Positions 17,803 to 26,599 are shown, numbered from the stretch's first letter. The stretch is DNA of 38,777 bases from an uncultured bacterium (GCA_965602205.1 CBFCYQ010000002.1:1-38777), one strand, 5' to 3'. Made by a program: numbers and translations. Notes: generated by a model from the letters alone, not told the origin.

Positions 17803-19848
17803 CTATACCGATGTATCCTCCGTGAAGCACTCTCCAATATTACGGGCCGACTTATCAATGATCGCCAGATAACGGCTGACGGCCATGTCGGAAGCCGGCT
17901 GCGCTCGCATCATCTCCACCGAGCCCAGGATCCCTGAAAGAGACGAGTTTATACGGCTTCTCGCCTCCGGCGGCAAGTAACGGGCGCCTTCCAGACTCTG
18001 CAGCCCGGCACCGATATCCCGCTTGAGCCTCACCGCCGGTGTCGGCAGGGCCAGCACGCGAGCCAGTACGGAGGCCACCGCGCTGACCAGAAGCACATGG
18101 GCCTGCTGGTAGTGGTACCTTTCCCAACTTCGAATGTCGGCCAGACTGATAACACCGAGAACGGTTTCGCCGGCCTTCACCGGCACGAGTAACGCCGATT
18201 TCAATTCTTCACAGAAGCATTGTGCAGCCTCGGCTTCCCCCACTTTGCTGTCCGAGTTTTCCTGGTTGATCATCATCAAGCGAGCCGTGTCGCGCACCAG
18301 GCAGTGATACGGCATGAGTGACAGAACCATGTGACCGTCGACAGGCGTAGTCTTCTCAAGCGGCTGTTGAAGCACCAGCGACCGGGAATTGAGGAAGGTT
18401 CCTTGCGGATCAAATGTGGAGATGCGGACCATGGTCGTCTTCAATTCATCCGAAAGCATGGCTGCCGCTCGATCGAGAATCTCCTCAGTGTCAAGCCCCA
18501 GCGCGACATCGGCGAGAAAACCGTTAAGCCCGGCGTGCATTCTCTCTCGTTCCTGCAGATCCTGACGCAGTTTTTCTTCGGCTACCAGTTCCTGAAGGAA
18601 ATCGGCGGCATCCGCCAGAATGGCTTTGTCGGTGCTGCTGAATTTGTTCGGCTGTTTGCTCGCGATCTCCAGCATACCGTCAATGCTACCGGCGACGGTC
18701 AGCGGAAACGACAATTGACATCTCATGCCGTTGTTGATAAGTATGCGGCCGTAGACATCCTCGGCTTGCTTCTCGCCGTCCGCCAGCGCCACCCGGCGGC
18801 GGTCGGGCAGTCCTTGCACCTGATTTTGGAATGCCCTGAAATCCAGGCCCATCTCCTTGAGAAGGGTCTCGTTCTCGCCTACTGAGAAACGCTGGACATT
18901 TTGCGGATTGTGGGCTATGGTCAACGCCGCAAAATCGAAGTCGACTGCCTCACGGAGGGTGCGCATCAATCTCACCATGTTATCTTTGACCTCCTTGCGG
19001 CGGTCGACGGCCTGCTGCCAACTGCGGCGCAGTTCCTGGCGTTTACACAGGTGGTTGATCCGGCGCTGCTGCTGGTCCAGTTGAATCTTTCGGCCCATTA
19101 TCTCCGATGCGATTTTCAGGTTGATCCTGTCGTCGGTCGTGAGTTGGGCGCCGTCACCCCACAAAAGGAAGAATCCCACGGGTCGATCGTCAGCATCGAT
19201 GGGTAGCAGAATCGCCGGTTTACGGTCCGAGTCGGGCCACTGCCGGAGTATCAATTCCGGGTTCAACCGACAGTCGGACGCTTCGCAGAATATCGTTTGA
19301 CCGGCCAGAAGGCCGTCCATGTCGGCCGGTGCCGGGTCGGTGTCCGGGAATGTCGACAGGCGTACGATCCGGCCCGCCCGCCGCGAATAAACATATACGC
19401 CGCCCCGGCTCAGACCGTACCCGCCGATCATATACTGCAGTCCCTTGCGGAGAACCACTGGCAGGCGGGACTCAACGGCCACCAGTTGTTCGATGTGTTT
19501 TATTAGTTCGAGACGTTTAATTCGTCCTTCACCACATCGCCGGTATTCTCGAGACAGGGGCAGCCAGTCCGCCACACCACTTACTGTCAGGGTCATTCCG
19601 GTGATGATCCCGATCCAGGTTATGAGCCTGAAAAAGAGCGGATCGGATACAAACGATAGGGAACCGAAGACTCCAAGGTTATAGTACATCCTGGCAAGAG
19701 AAATCAAAGTCAGGATAACCAGACCGGCGCCAATGTAATCGTAGCTCTGCCTGTGCTCTGCTCTAAGCAGCTTGCGGAACCTGGCAACCAGTACCAGGGC
19801 AGCTAACCCCATGACGGTGACCCACAGGTCAAAAACCTCCACACCCAT
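17803..19848 (-). CDS. Membrane-anchored multi-GAF-like sensor protein ending in a His-less DHp-like helix, with no ATPase domain
   Basis: 681 aa. ATG at 19846-19848 lies 5 nt after AGGAGG. About three N-terminal TM helices (LWVTVMGLAALVLVARF, IGAGLVILTLISLARMY, ITWIGIITGMTLTVSGV) are followed by GAF-like repeats. The C-terminus RINSSLSGILGSVEMMRAQ aligns with an H-box but lacks the His. Confidence 0.6.
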   Translation of the reverse strand: MGVEVFDLWVTVMGLAALVLVARFRKLLRAEHRQSYDYIGAGLVILTLISLARMYYNLGVFGSLSFVSDPLFFRLITWIGIITGMTLTVSGVADWLPLSREYRRCGEGRIKRLELIKHIEQLVAVESRLPVVLRKGLQYMIGGYGLSRGGVYVYSRRAGRIVRLSTFPDTDPAPADMDGLLAGQTIFCEASDCRLNPELILRQWPDSDRKPAILLPIDADDRPVGFFLLWGDGAQLTTDDRINLKIASEIMGRKIQLDQQQRRINHLCKRQELRRSWQQAVDRRKEVKDNMVRLMRTLREAVDFDFAALTIAHNPQNVQRFSVGENETLLKEMGLDFRAFQNQVQGLPDRRRVALADGEKQAEDVYGRILINNGMRCQLSFPLTVAGSIDGMLEIASKQPNKFSSTDKAILADAADFLQELVAEEKLRQDLQERERMHAGLNGFLADVALGLDTEEILDRAAAMLSDELKTTMVRISTFDPQGTFLNSRSLVLQQPLEKTTPVDGHMVLSLMPYHCLVRDTARLMMINQENSDSKVGEAEAAQCFCEELKSALLVPVKAGETVLGVISLADIRSWERYHYQQAHVLLVSAVASVLARVLALPTPAVRLKRDIGAGLQSLEGARYLPPEARSRINSSLSGILGSVEMMRAQPASDMAVSRYLAIIDKSARNIGECFTEDTSV

Positions 19849-20061
19849 ACTGACCTCCTAAGACACGAAGTACGCTAAGCTCAGGCTATTTCTATAATTA
19901 TCGGCAGACCTGACCATCTGCTTAGCTTCGGACAGCTTCGGCCGGTGGCGGCAAAATATCGATTCCAGCCCACAATGTTGCGATCCCGATATCTAATGTG
20001 ACGCTTTATCTACCCGCCCTAACTAATTGCTAATCAGCGCTATTGGACATTACAGTCAACA

Positions 20062-20077
20062 AGGCACTGGAATTGCA
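20062..20077 (+). promoter_or_regulatory. Sigma-54 (-24/-12) promoter upstream of the lipoprotein gene
   Basis: AGGCAC-TGGAA-TTGCA matches the consensus TGGCAC-N5-TTGCW, with the correct 11 nt GG-to-GC spacing. It lies 62 nt upstream of the ATG at 20140. Confidence 0.55.
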
Positions 20078-20139
20078 TGGTAATTGGCAGACAAGGACTG
20101 AAACCAAAATCCCGTACCCGGTACGGAGGGAGGACATCT

Positions 20140-20901
20140 ATGTCTAAGCAGTTTATATCCGGCCTGTTGATCAGTACCGCTGTTATTTTGTCTCTGGCGT
20201 GGATCGGTTGCTCCGACGATACCATCACGACGGTTTCGCCGCCCGGTTCCAACGACGGCACCAGCACCGCCAGCGACGTAGTATATTACTTCCCGCTGAA
20301 TGAAGATTACCAGACTATCTACGACGTTGTTAACAGCGACGGGACGAAGGAAAGCGAGACATACACGGTCGGCAAAGAGGTCCCGCGAGGCAGCGCTACG
20401 GCCATAGAGTGGCTCTCATACACCAGTTCCAACGGTAAGGATACGGGCTACTTCCAGGCCACGGCGACGGCCCTTTACTACTTTGAAGACCTTGGAGCAA
20501 CGGCCGAGAAAATTATCGAACTGCCGCTGGTAGTCGGGGAATCATGGCCGCGGTACGAAGACGGCAGTCTTCTAAGTGACTATGAAGACGGGATTGATAT
20601 CATATTTGACAATGATTTCAAATTTCCCGACTCGTCGGATTTCATTGATGGAACGCAGAAGAACTACCCGACCACCGGGCTGTCGATCATGACGGTCACG
20701 GCTATCGAGAAACTGCTACTCGACAACGGGGCGTATTACAGCGGCGCGGTCAAGATAACCAACGCTAACACTACGGGCACCTATAATATCTACTGGTTCG
20801 CCCCCGGCGTGGGTCTGGTCAAATACATTATCGGGGCTTCGGCGATGGATGCGACTACCGGCGGCAAAGTTGGTGAACTGAGAAGCTACGGCTCCAAGTA
20901 G
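20140..20901 (+). CDS. Hypothetical lipoprotein
   Basis: The start at ATG 20140 is preceded by GGAGGGAGG. The signal peptide and lipobox are MSKQFISGLLISTAVILSLAWIG|C. I recognise no family for the mature part (acidic, beta-rich). It is one of only two plus-strand genes in the window. Confidence 0.7.
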   Translation: MSKQFISGLLISTAVILSLAWIGCSDDTITTVSPPGSNDGTSTASDVVYYFPLNEDYQTIYDVVNSDGTKESETYTVGKEVPRGSATAIEWLSYTSSNGKDTGYFQATATALYYFEDLGATAEKIIELPLVVGESWPRYEDGSLLSDYEDGIDIIFDNDFKFPDSSDFIDGTQKNYPTTGLSIMTVTAIEKLLLDNGAYYSGAVKITNANTTGTYNIYWFAPGVGLVKYIIGASAMDATTGGKVGELRSYGSK

Positions 20902-20926
20902 ACAAGGGAGACTGGAACGGCAGAAG

Positions 20927-20956
20927 AGGCCGGGCATCGTGGGGATGTCCGGCCTT
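20927..20956. terminator. Convergent-gene hairpin (possible bidirectional terminator)
   Basis: AGGCCGGGCATC-GTGGG-GATGTCCGGCCT forms a 12 bp stem with one G-U pair, between the convergent stops at 20901 (+) and 20966 (-). The U-tracts on both sides are poor. Confidence 0.4.
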
Positions 20957-20965
20957 AATTCTGGG

Positions 20966-21622
20966 TCATTCCAGGGCCAGGCGCGGATTGACGATTCGCT
21001 GGTAATTCTTGAAATGAATTTTGGCCGTCTTCTCGAGAATGGCCGTACCATGCCGCTGAACAAGCCGCCGTCCGGCCTGGTCGACCTTGGCCGCGGCGCC
21101 CTTGGGCAACTCCAGACCATACTGAGCCGACATCCTGTCGATGGCCTCGATAAAAGCGGCCCGGGCGATAATGGAGGCGGCGGCCACTTGAACAATGCTC
21201 TCCCCTCTCACGAATTGGCGGATCTCGATCTCGTTGTTTTTTCGGGCCAGCGCCTGCTCCACCAGTTCCGCCTTGCCGAATTTATCAGACACAGCCCGGG
21301 CGGCAGGTGTCCGACTGGTGATGTTCTCAATCGCCTGGGCGTGACCCCAAGCCAGCAGTTTGTTGAGGTTACGAATTTTCTCGTAAAGCTGGTTGTATTT
21401 CTCGGGACCGATCATTACAACCGAGTGGATGAAGTCACGGCGAAGTGTCCGGCTGATTTCGAGTACACGCTTATCAGAAAGAAGCTTACCGTCGCGGACC
21501 CCTATCGCCACCAGACCGGGGATGGCATCGTCGGCCGCCAGGAAGGCTGCAATAACCAAGGGGCCGAAGAAATCCCCTTTGCCGGATTCGTCGACCCCGA
21601 TAACTTGTGGCTTTTTTGGCAT
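20966..21622 (-). CDS. Type 2 ribonuclease H, RNase HIII-like catalytic domain only
   Basis: 218 aa. IGVDESGKGDFFGPLVIAA, GVRDGKLLSD and PEKYNQLYEKIRNLNKLLAWGHAQAIENI resemble RNase HIII more than RNase HII. The N-terminal substrate-binding domain of canonical RNase HIII is absent. Confidence 0.8.
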   Translation of the reverse strand: MPKKPQVIGVDESGKGDFFGPLVIAAFLAADDAIPGLVAIGVRDGKLLSDKRVLEISRTLRRDFIHSVVMIGPEKYNQLYEKIRNLNKLLAWGHAQAIENITSRTPAARAVSDKFGKAELVEQALARKNNEIEIRQFVRGESIVQVAAASIIARAAFIEAIDRMSAQYGLELPKGAAAKVDQAGRRLVQRHGTAILEKTAKIHFKNYQRIVNPRLALE

Positions 21623-21625
21623 GCT

Positions 21626-22186
21626 TTAATTAGCACGCTCCAGGTAGTCGCCGGTCCGCGTGTCCACCTTGACCTTATCGCTCTCCTTAACGAACGGAGG
21701 CACTTTGACAACGAGTCCGGTCTCGAGTTTGGCCGGTTTGGTGATGTTTGTGACCGTATCGCCCTTGGCAAACGGTTCCGTCTCCACGACCGTCAAAACC
21801 ACGGAGGTGGGCAAATCCACGGAAATAGCCTCATTGTCGAGAAACATAACCTTGTAATCCTGGTTTTCCAGGAGGTACCACTTGGCGTCGCCGAGGTTAT
21901 CGATCGGAATCTGCACCTGCTCGAAGGTTGTCGAATCCATGAAGGTATATTCGCCCCCGTTCTCGTACAGGTACTGCATTTTTTTCTCTTCCATGTCAGG
22001 CGGCTTGAAGCTGTCATTGGAGGAAAAGACTTTTTCGACCACGGCCCCGGTCTTGATGTGCTTCAGCTTGGTGCGAATGTTGGCCTTTCCCCGGCCCATT
22101 TTGAAGTGCTGGTAGTCTACGACATAATACGGCTGGTCATCGACGATAATGCGCAGACCCTTTCTGAAATCCGATGGCGTATACAT
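21626..22186 (-). CDS. efp: Translation elongation factor P
   Basis: 186 aa. It aligns along its full length with EF-P (SDFRKGLRIIVDDQPY, KTGAVVEKVF, YLYENGGEYTFMD, GDTVTNITKPAKLETG, KVDTRTGDYLERA). AGGAGG lies 4 nt upstream of the ATG. Confidence 0.95.
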   Translation of the reverse strand: MYTPSDFRKGLRIIVDDQPYYVVDYQHFKMGRGKANIRTKLKHIKTGAVVEKVFSSNDSFKPPDMEEKKMQYLYENGGEYTFMDSTTFEQVQIPIDNLGDAKWYLLENQDYKVMFLDNEAISVDLPTSVVLTVVETEPFAKGDTVTNITKPAKLETGLVVKVPPFVKESDKVKVDTRTGDYLERAN

Positions 22187-22247
22187 AAGTCCTCCTGCTT
22201 AAACCGGCTCCCAATATAACAAAAAACGAGCCCGACCCAAGGAAATT

Positions 22248-24092
22248 CTACTGACGCTGGGCGCATTCGGACTGTTCGGTAGCAGCAGGGACGCCGGCCC
22301 GCACGGGCAGGCTTACGACAAATTCCGTTCCCTTACCGGGTTGCGACTCGACGGTGATATGCCCTTTGTGCAGGTCGATAATTTTCGCCGCCAGTGCCAG
22401 CCCCAGGCCATTGCCGCCCGGCCGCGAGGAGAAAAAGGGTGTGAATATTTTCCCGAGATGTTCTTCAGCAATTCCGCAGCCGTGGTCCCGGATGCTGACC
22501 GACTGCGACAGCCCCTCTTCGCTGACGTGTACATCGACCAGGCCCGGGCGATTGTCATAGGCATTAACGGCGTTGTCGAGGATGTTTGACAGAGCCTGCT
22601 TTATCAACAGCTCGTCGGCCCATACTTCCCCGCGGACCGACCCGCCCTGCCGGTACTGGATGCGGTTGTTCCCGGCACGCACCTGGAAAGTGCTTATCAG
22701 TTCGGTCAGCACCTCCCGGAGCACCACCGGCTCCAGGGCAGGACGCAGGGGCCGCGCGAAATTGAGAAAGCGTTCGATCAGCAGTTCGGCCTGCCGGGTT
22801 TCCTGGTCCAGAGCCGTCATACTGGTGATTTCCAGTTGCGCCTTCTGCAGCCGCTTTTTGACCAATTTGCTGTAGCCCACCACGGCTCCGATCGAGTTGC
22901 GCAGTTGATGGGCCAGGCCGGCTGCCATCTCTCCCAGCGCGGCCAGACGCTTCCTTGTCTCCAACTCCTTGCGCAAAGACTGCAATTCGGTCAGATCGTT
23001 TATAAGAACGGAGGCTCCCACCTGTGTCTGCCGGTCACTGGCGATAACGGAGACGCCCACCCCCAGGGCCAGCCGCTGACCGTCGGCGGTAACAAATTCG
23101 TACTCGTCGTACGGCCGGCCGGCGGTCTTTTCCAGGCAGGACCTGACAGCATCCAACAGGCCGGGATTGCCGCTGAAAAGCTGATCGATATAGCGTCCGG
23201 TGAAGTCAGTCGTCGTGATTTTTAGAATCCTGACGGCCGCACGGTTTACTGAACGTATGTTACCGTCATTGTCAACGGTCACGATTCCGGAATCCATCGA
23301 GTTCAGCAGATACTGGTTGAAATGCTCCAGCGAGTCGGCCCTCATGCGCATGGTTTCGTTAAGCTGTAGCAGTTCCGACTCTTTTGCTTTCAACTCTTCG
23401 ATCATTCTTCGGTAGTCTTCAATCACCGTCTCTATTTGGCTGCCGTCCCCGTCGACGAGTCTGCCGGCATCGACAGCCTCTTTCCGAATACGCCGGAGCG
23501 GTGTCAGGATGTAGCGCAGCAGCCACAGGTAAACCCCTATTACGACCAGCGTCGCTATGACACTGACAACGAGGATATTGTTGCCCGACTCATCCAGGTA
23601 GGCCAGGACGGGCTCGTTGGCCGACAGAATCAAGATTTTCTTGTCAATGGTAGAAGGTATGGGATATACGTAGAAGTATTCGCTCTGCTCGCCATGGGTC
23701 AACATCTGAAATTCGGCCACGAGTATTTTTCGGGCCACCTGGGGTATCTGTCCGGGGGGCAGACCGTTGACAATCGAGGTAAACCACGTCTTGCGAGCCT
23801 GAGGCGAATTGTCCGGCGGCCGCGAGGGTATCAAAACCAGCCCCGACAGACCATAGGTCGCTTTGAACATGGCCGTTCGTTCGGCGGTCAACTCCGGAAG
23901 GATTTCTTTCTGCACCGCCCGGGAAACCGCCAACGCCGCGTTATTCAGATGGCCTGTCGTCCGCTCGCGCATATCGGCCCGCGCGTGGTAAACAACATAA
24001 TTGGCGGCAAAGCTCAGAAAAAGCAGTATGACGATGATTACGAGCAAGCCCAGATGGACTTCGGATTCATATCTGTCGGTTCGTTTCTTCAT
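22248..24092 (-). CDS. Membrane sensor histidine kinase (TM-periplasmic-TM, HAMP, PAS, HisKA, HATPase_c), NtrB/AtoS-like
   Basis: 614 aa. H-box LAALGEMAAGLAHQLRNSIGAVVGY, N-box LDNAVNA, G1 IRDHGCGI, F-box FTPFFSSR, G2 GNGLGLALA. There are two TM helices and a PAS-like segment (SGIVTVDNDGNIRSVNRAA). Confidence 0.9.
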   Translation of the reverse strand: MKKRTDRYESEVHLGLLVIIVILLFLSFAANYVVYHARADMRERTTGHLNNAALAVSRAVQKEILPELTAERTAMFKATYGLSGLVLIPSRPPDNSPQARKTWFTSIVNGLPPGQIPQVARKILVAEFQMLTHGEQSEYFYVYPIPSTIDKKILILSANEPVLAYLDESGNNILVVSVIATLVVIGVYLWLLRYILTPLRRIRKEAVDAGRLVDGDGSQIETVIEDYRRMIEELKAKESELLQLNETMRMRADSLEHFNQYLLNSMDSGIVTVDNDGNIRSVNRAAVRILKITTTDFTGRYIDQLFSGNPGLLDAVRSCLEKTAGRPYDEYEFVTADGQRLALGVGVSVIASDRQTQVGASVLINDLTELQSLRKELETRKRLAALGEMAAGLAHQLRNSIGAVVGYSKLVKKRLQKAQLEITSMTALDQETRQAELLIERFLNFARPLRPALEPVVLREVLTELISTFQVRAGNNRIQYRQGGSVRGEVWADELLIKQALSNILDNAVNAYDNRPGLVDVHVSEEGLSQSVSIRDHGCGIAEEHLGKIFTPFFSSRPGGNGLGLALAAKIIDLHKGHITVESQPGKGTEFVVSLPVRAGVPAATEQSECAQRQ

Positions 24093-24144
24093 GGCTACAG
24101 GCAGATTATCGGTAAAAAGGGACGGATGGTTGAGAAATCGCGTT

Positions 24145-24927
24145 TCAGTTGACGGCCAGGAAGTTGCTTACGTAGTAACTGATGACTTTGTCGCCATAGA
24201 CAATCGAAAGCAGGGCCGCCGTCGCCAGAAACGGCCCGAACGGAATGACCCGGTTCCGGCGCAGCCCGGACGAGAAAATCATGACGATTAAAGAGACCCC
24301 GAGCCCGATTACAGCCGAGCCCATAAAAATAAAGAGCACTTTCTGCCAGCCCAGAAAGGCCCCGAGCATGGCTGCCATTTTGATATCGCCGCCGCCCATG
24401 GAATCCTTCTTGAACAACCAGTCACCAAGCAGGGCGATCAGATACAGCGAGCCGCCGCCGACCAGGAGACCGATTGACGCGCTGCCGATACCGATTCCGC
24501 CGGGAAGCAGGGAAACCGCCAGCCCGACTACCATTCCCGGGATGGTGATGACATCCGGAATTATCTGGAACTCCAGGTCTATCAGAAAAATGGCCAGCAG
24601 CGACGAGCCCAAAGAGGCAAACACCATAAATTGCACGCTCAGGCCAAACTGCCAGTAGAAAAAGACATAAAACAGAGCATTGGCCAGTTCAACACTCGGG
24701 TAGCGAAGTGAGATGCTCTCATGACAGAAAGCGCACCTGCCTTTGAGAAAAAGAAAACTGACCAGCGGTATATTGTGAAACCAGCGCAACTGCTGGCGGC
24801 AGCGAGGGCAAACGGACCGTTCCAGGAGAAACTTCAACTTGCGGGGAAGACGATAAATCACCACGTTCAGGAACGAGCCGATTGCCAGCCCCAGCAGACC
24901 TGCCCATATCAGACCATAATACTCCAT
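24145..24927 (-). CDS. pilD: Prepilin peptidase (A24 family type IV leader peptidase / N-methyltransferase)
   Basis: 260 aa. GSFLNVVIYRLP, Cys-pair motifs (CPRCRQQL ... CAFCHESI), then a polytopic region with GGGDIKMAAMLGAFLG. Confidence 0.9.
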   Translation of the reverse strand: MEYYGLIWAGLLGLAIGSFLNVVIYRLPRKLKFLLERSVCPRCRQQLRWFHNIPLVSFLFLKGRCAFCHESISLRYPSVELANALFYVFFYWQFGLSVQFMVFASLGSSLLAIFLIDLEFQIIPDVITIPGMVVGLAVSLLPGGIGIGSASIGLLVGGGSLYLIALLGDWLFKKDSMGGGDIKMAAMLGAFLGWQKVLFIFMGSAVIGLGVSLIVMIFSSGLRRNRVIPFGPFLATAALLSIVYGDKVISYYVSNFLAVN

Positions 24928-24955
24928 ACAGGCATATTATCGGCAGATACCCGGC

Positions 24956-25705
24956 TTATCTCAACTCGTCCATCAAGTGCATTACGAGAGTGACCACCGC
25001 CGGGCCGGCTGTTTCCGTCCGCAGCACCCGGCAACCAAGAGACACCGGCACAAAACCGGCGGCCACAGCCACCTCGACTTCCTCGTCGATGAAACCGGAT
25101 TCCGGGCCCACGAGCAGGGACACTCTTTTTGGCCGAGAGTCATCCAGGGTATCAGCCAGCGGCCGGGCCTTCGCCGCCGGGTGAAATATCAAGTTCAGTG
25201 ACTCACCATCGGTTTCCCGAATATACTCGGCAAAACCCACCGGCACCGAAACCTCCGGGCGATAGGCGCGCCGGCACTGTTTGGCGGCCGCCAGGGCCAC
25301 TTTCTCCAGTCGTGTCACGCGGGCGCGGGCTCGCCGCGGGTCCTCCAGCCTGACTTTGGATTTCGACGTAAGCACAGGCACAAACCTCTTGACGCCCAAT
25401 TCCGTGCCCCGGGCTACAACGTTGTCGAACTTGTAGCCACTGGACAACCCGGCGGCAAGAGTAAGTATCACCGACGGTTCACCGAAATTGCGGATTTCCG
25501 CGTGGACCGTCAATTCTACCGCCTTTCGACGGGAAATCTTCGCGACTATCCCGCGGTAGGCAGTGCCCAACCCGTCGATAACTATGACCGGATCCGATTT
25601 TCTCAGGCGCAGGACAGCAACCGCGTGGCGAGCTTCATCATCGGGCAGATGAACGACACCGCCTGCTATAAGCTCGGGCGGCGCGTAAAAGATCGGGGCT
25701 TGCAT
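24956..25705 (-). CDS. rsmE: 16S rRNA (uracil1498-N3)-methyltransferase
   Basis: 249 aa. The N-terminal PUA-like region (FYAPPELIAGGVVHLPDDEARHAVAVLRLR) and the C-terminal SPOUT knot (LLVGPESGFIDEEV ... VSLGCRVLRTETA) are typical of RsmE. Confidence 0.85.
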   Translation of the reverse strand: MQAPIFYAPPELIAGGVVHLPDDEARHAVAVLRLRKSDPVIVIDGLGTAYRGIVAKISRRKAVELTVHAEIRNFGEPSVILTLAAGLSSGYKFDNVVARGTELGVKRFVPVLTSKSKVRLEDPRRARARVTRLEKVALAAAKQCRRAYRPEVSVPVGFAEYIRETDGESLNLIFHPAAKARPLADTLDDSRPKRVSLLVGPESGFIDEEVEVAVAAGFVPVSLGCRVLRTETAGPAVVTLVMHLMDELR

Positions 25706-25708
25706 CGT

Positions 25709-26599
25709 TCAGCCCTTGTATATGATAAACGTGAACCACTCGTTATCCCGAACGGTGGTAAATCGATTAAGTCCGTTTCTGTTCAACTCGGAAGAGATAT
25801 CCGGCAGGTCGGGCCCCAGCAATCCCGACAGCAGTAGAATGCCGCCGCCGGCAAGAAGATAGGCCAGTTTTTCAATCATCACCATGATGGTGCTCTTGAT
25901 AATATTGGTGGCAATGAAATCGTACGGCTCGTCGCCCTGACATTTGTCGAGGGAGCCGAAGATGATGTCGTGGGGGCAGGCCACTGTGTTGATGGCAAAG
26001 TTCTCGTGAGCGCTCTCGATGGCCACCAGATCGTGATCGACAGCCTTGATATATCCGGCCTTCATCTTATCCGCCAGAATAGAGAGAATGCCGGAGCCGC
26101 ATCCCAGGTCCAGAAATCTGCCTCCCGCCTTGAATTTTTCCCGCACAATCCGAAGACAGGTGCGCGTTGTCTCGTGGCGACCGGTCCCGAAAGCCATTTT
26201 CGGCTCGATGACAATGTCGTAACGGATATCGGCGGGACTCTTTGCCCAGGGCGGCCGAATTACGAGATCCTCGGAAACACGCACCGCCTCCACGGATTTC
26301 CTGTACTGCTGGGTCCACTCCACGTTTTTAATGGGGCGCTCATGAATCCGGGGAACCTCCGGCATGCTGTCATCCAGCAACTGCGACAGGTAGTCGGGCA
26401 AAATTGTCTTGTAATTGCGGTCATCTTCGACCGGCACATAGAACTTGATGCCGGTGACCGGCGAATCCTCTTCCTCTTCGAGGACCAGTCCCGAGCAGAC
26501 ATTGTCGATCAGGAAGTTGCATACGGCATCGGCGTGCGCGCGCGGCACCTCCAGGGTCACTTCCAGGTATTTCTGAGGGATGTCAGTGGTTTTTGTCAT
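25709..26599 (-). CDS. prmA: Ribosomal protein L11 methyltransferase
   Basis: 296 aa. [17 protein letters not shown] and the SAM motif [13 protein letters not shown]. Its start overlaps the dnaJ stop by 4 nt. Confidence 0.9.
   Translation of the reverse strand: MTKTTDIPQKYLEVTLEVPRAHADAVCNFLIDNVCSGLVLEEEEDSPVTGIKFYVPVEDDRNYKTILPDYLSQLLDDSMPEVPRIHERPIKNVEWTQQYRKSVEAVRVSEDLVIRPPWAKSPADIRYDIVIEPKMAFGTGRHETTRTCLRIVREKFKAGGRFLDLGCGSGILSILADKMKAGYIKAVDHDLVAIESAHENFAINTVACPHDIIFGSLDKCQGDEPYDFIATNIIKSTIMVMIEKLAYLLAGGGILLLSGLLGPDLPDISSELNRNGLNRFTTVRDNEWFTFIIYKG

Noticed and set aside
20939-22219. A 426 aa plus-strand ORF spanning the whole efp and RNase H region
   Set aside because: It lies antisense to two genes with unmistakable homology (EF-P and type 2 RNase H). 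Its translation is low-complexity and Gly/Arg/Leu-rich with no recognisable motif. Long stop-free antisense frames are expected at this GC content.
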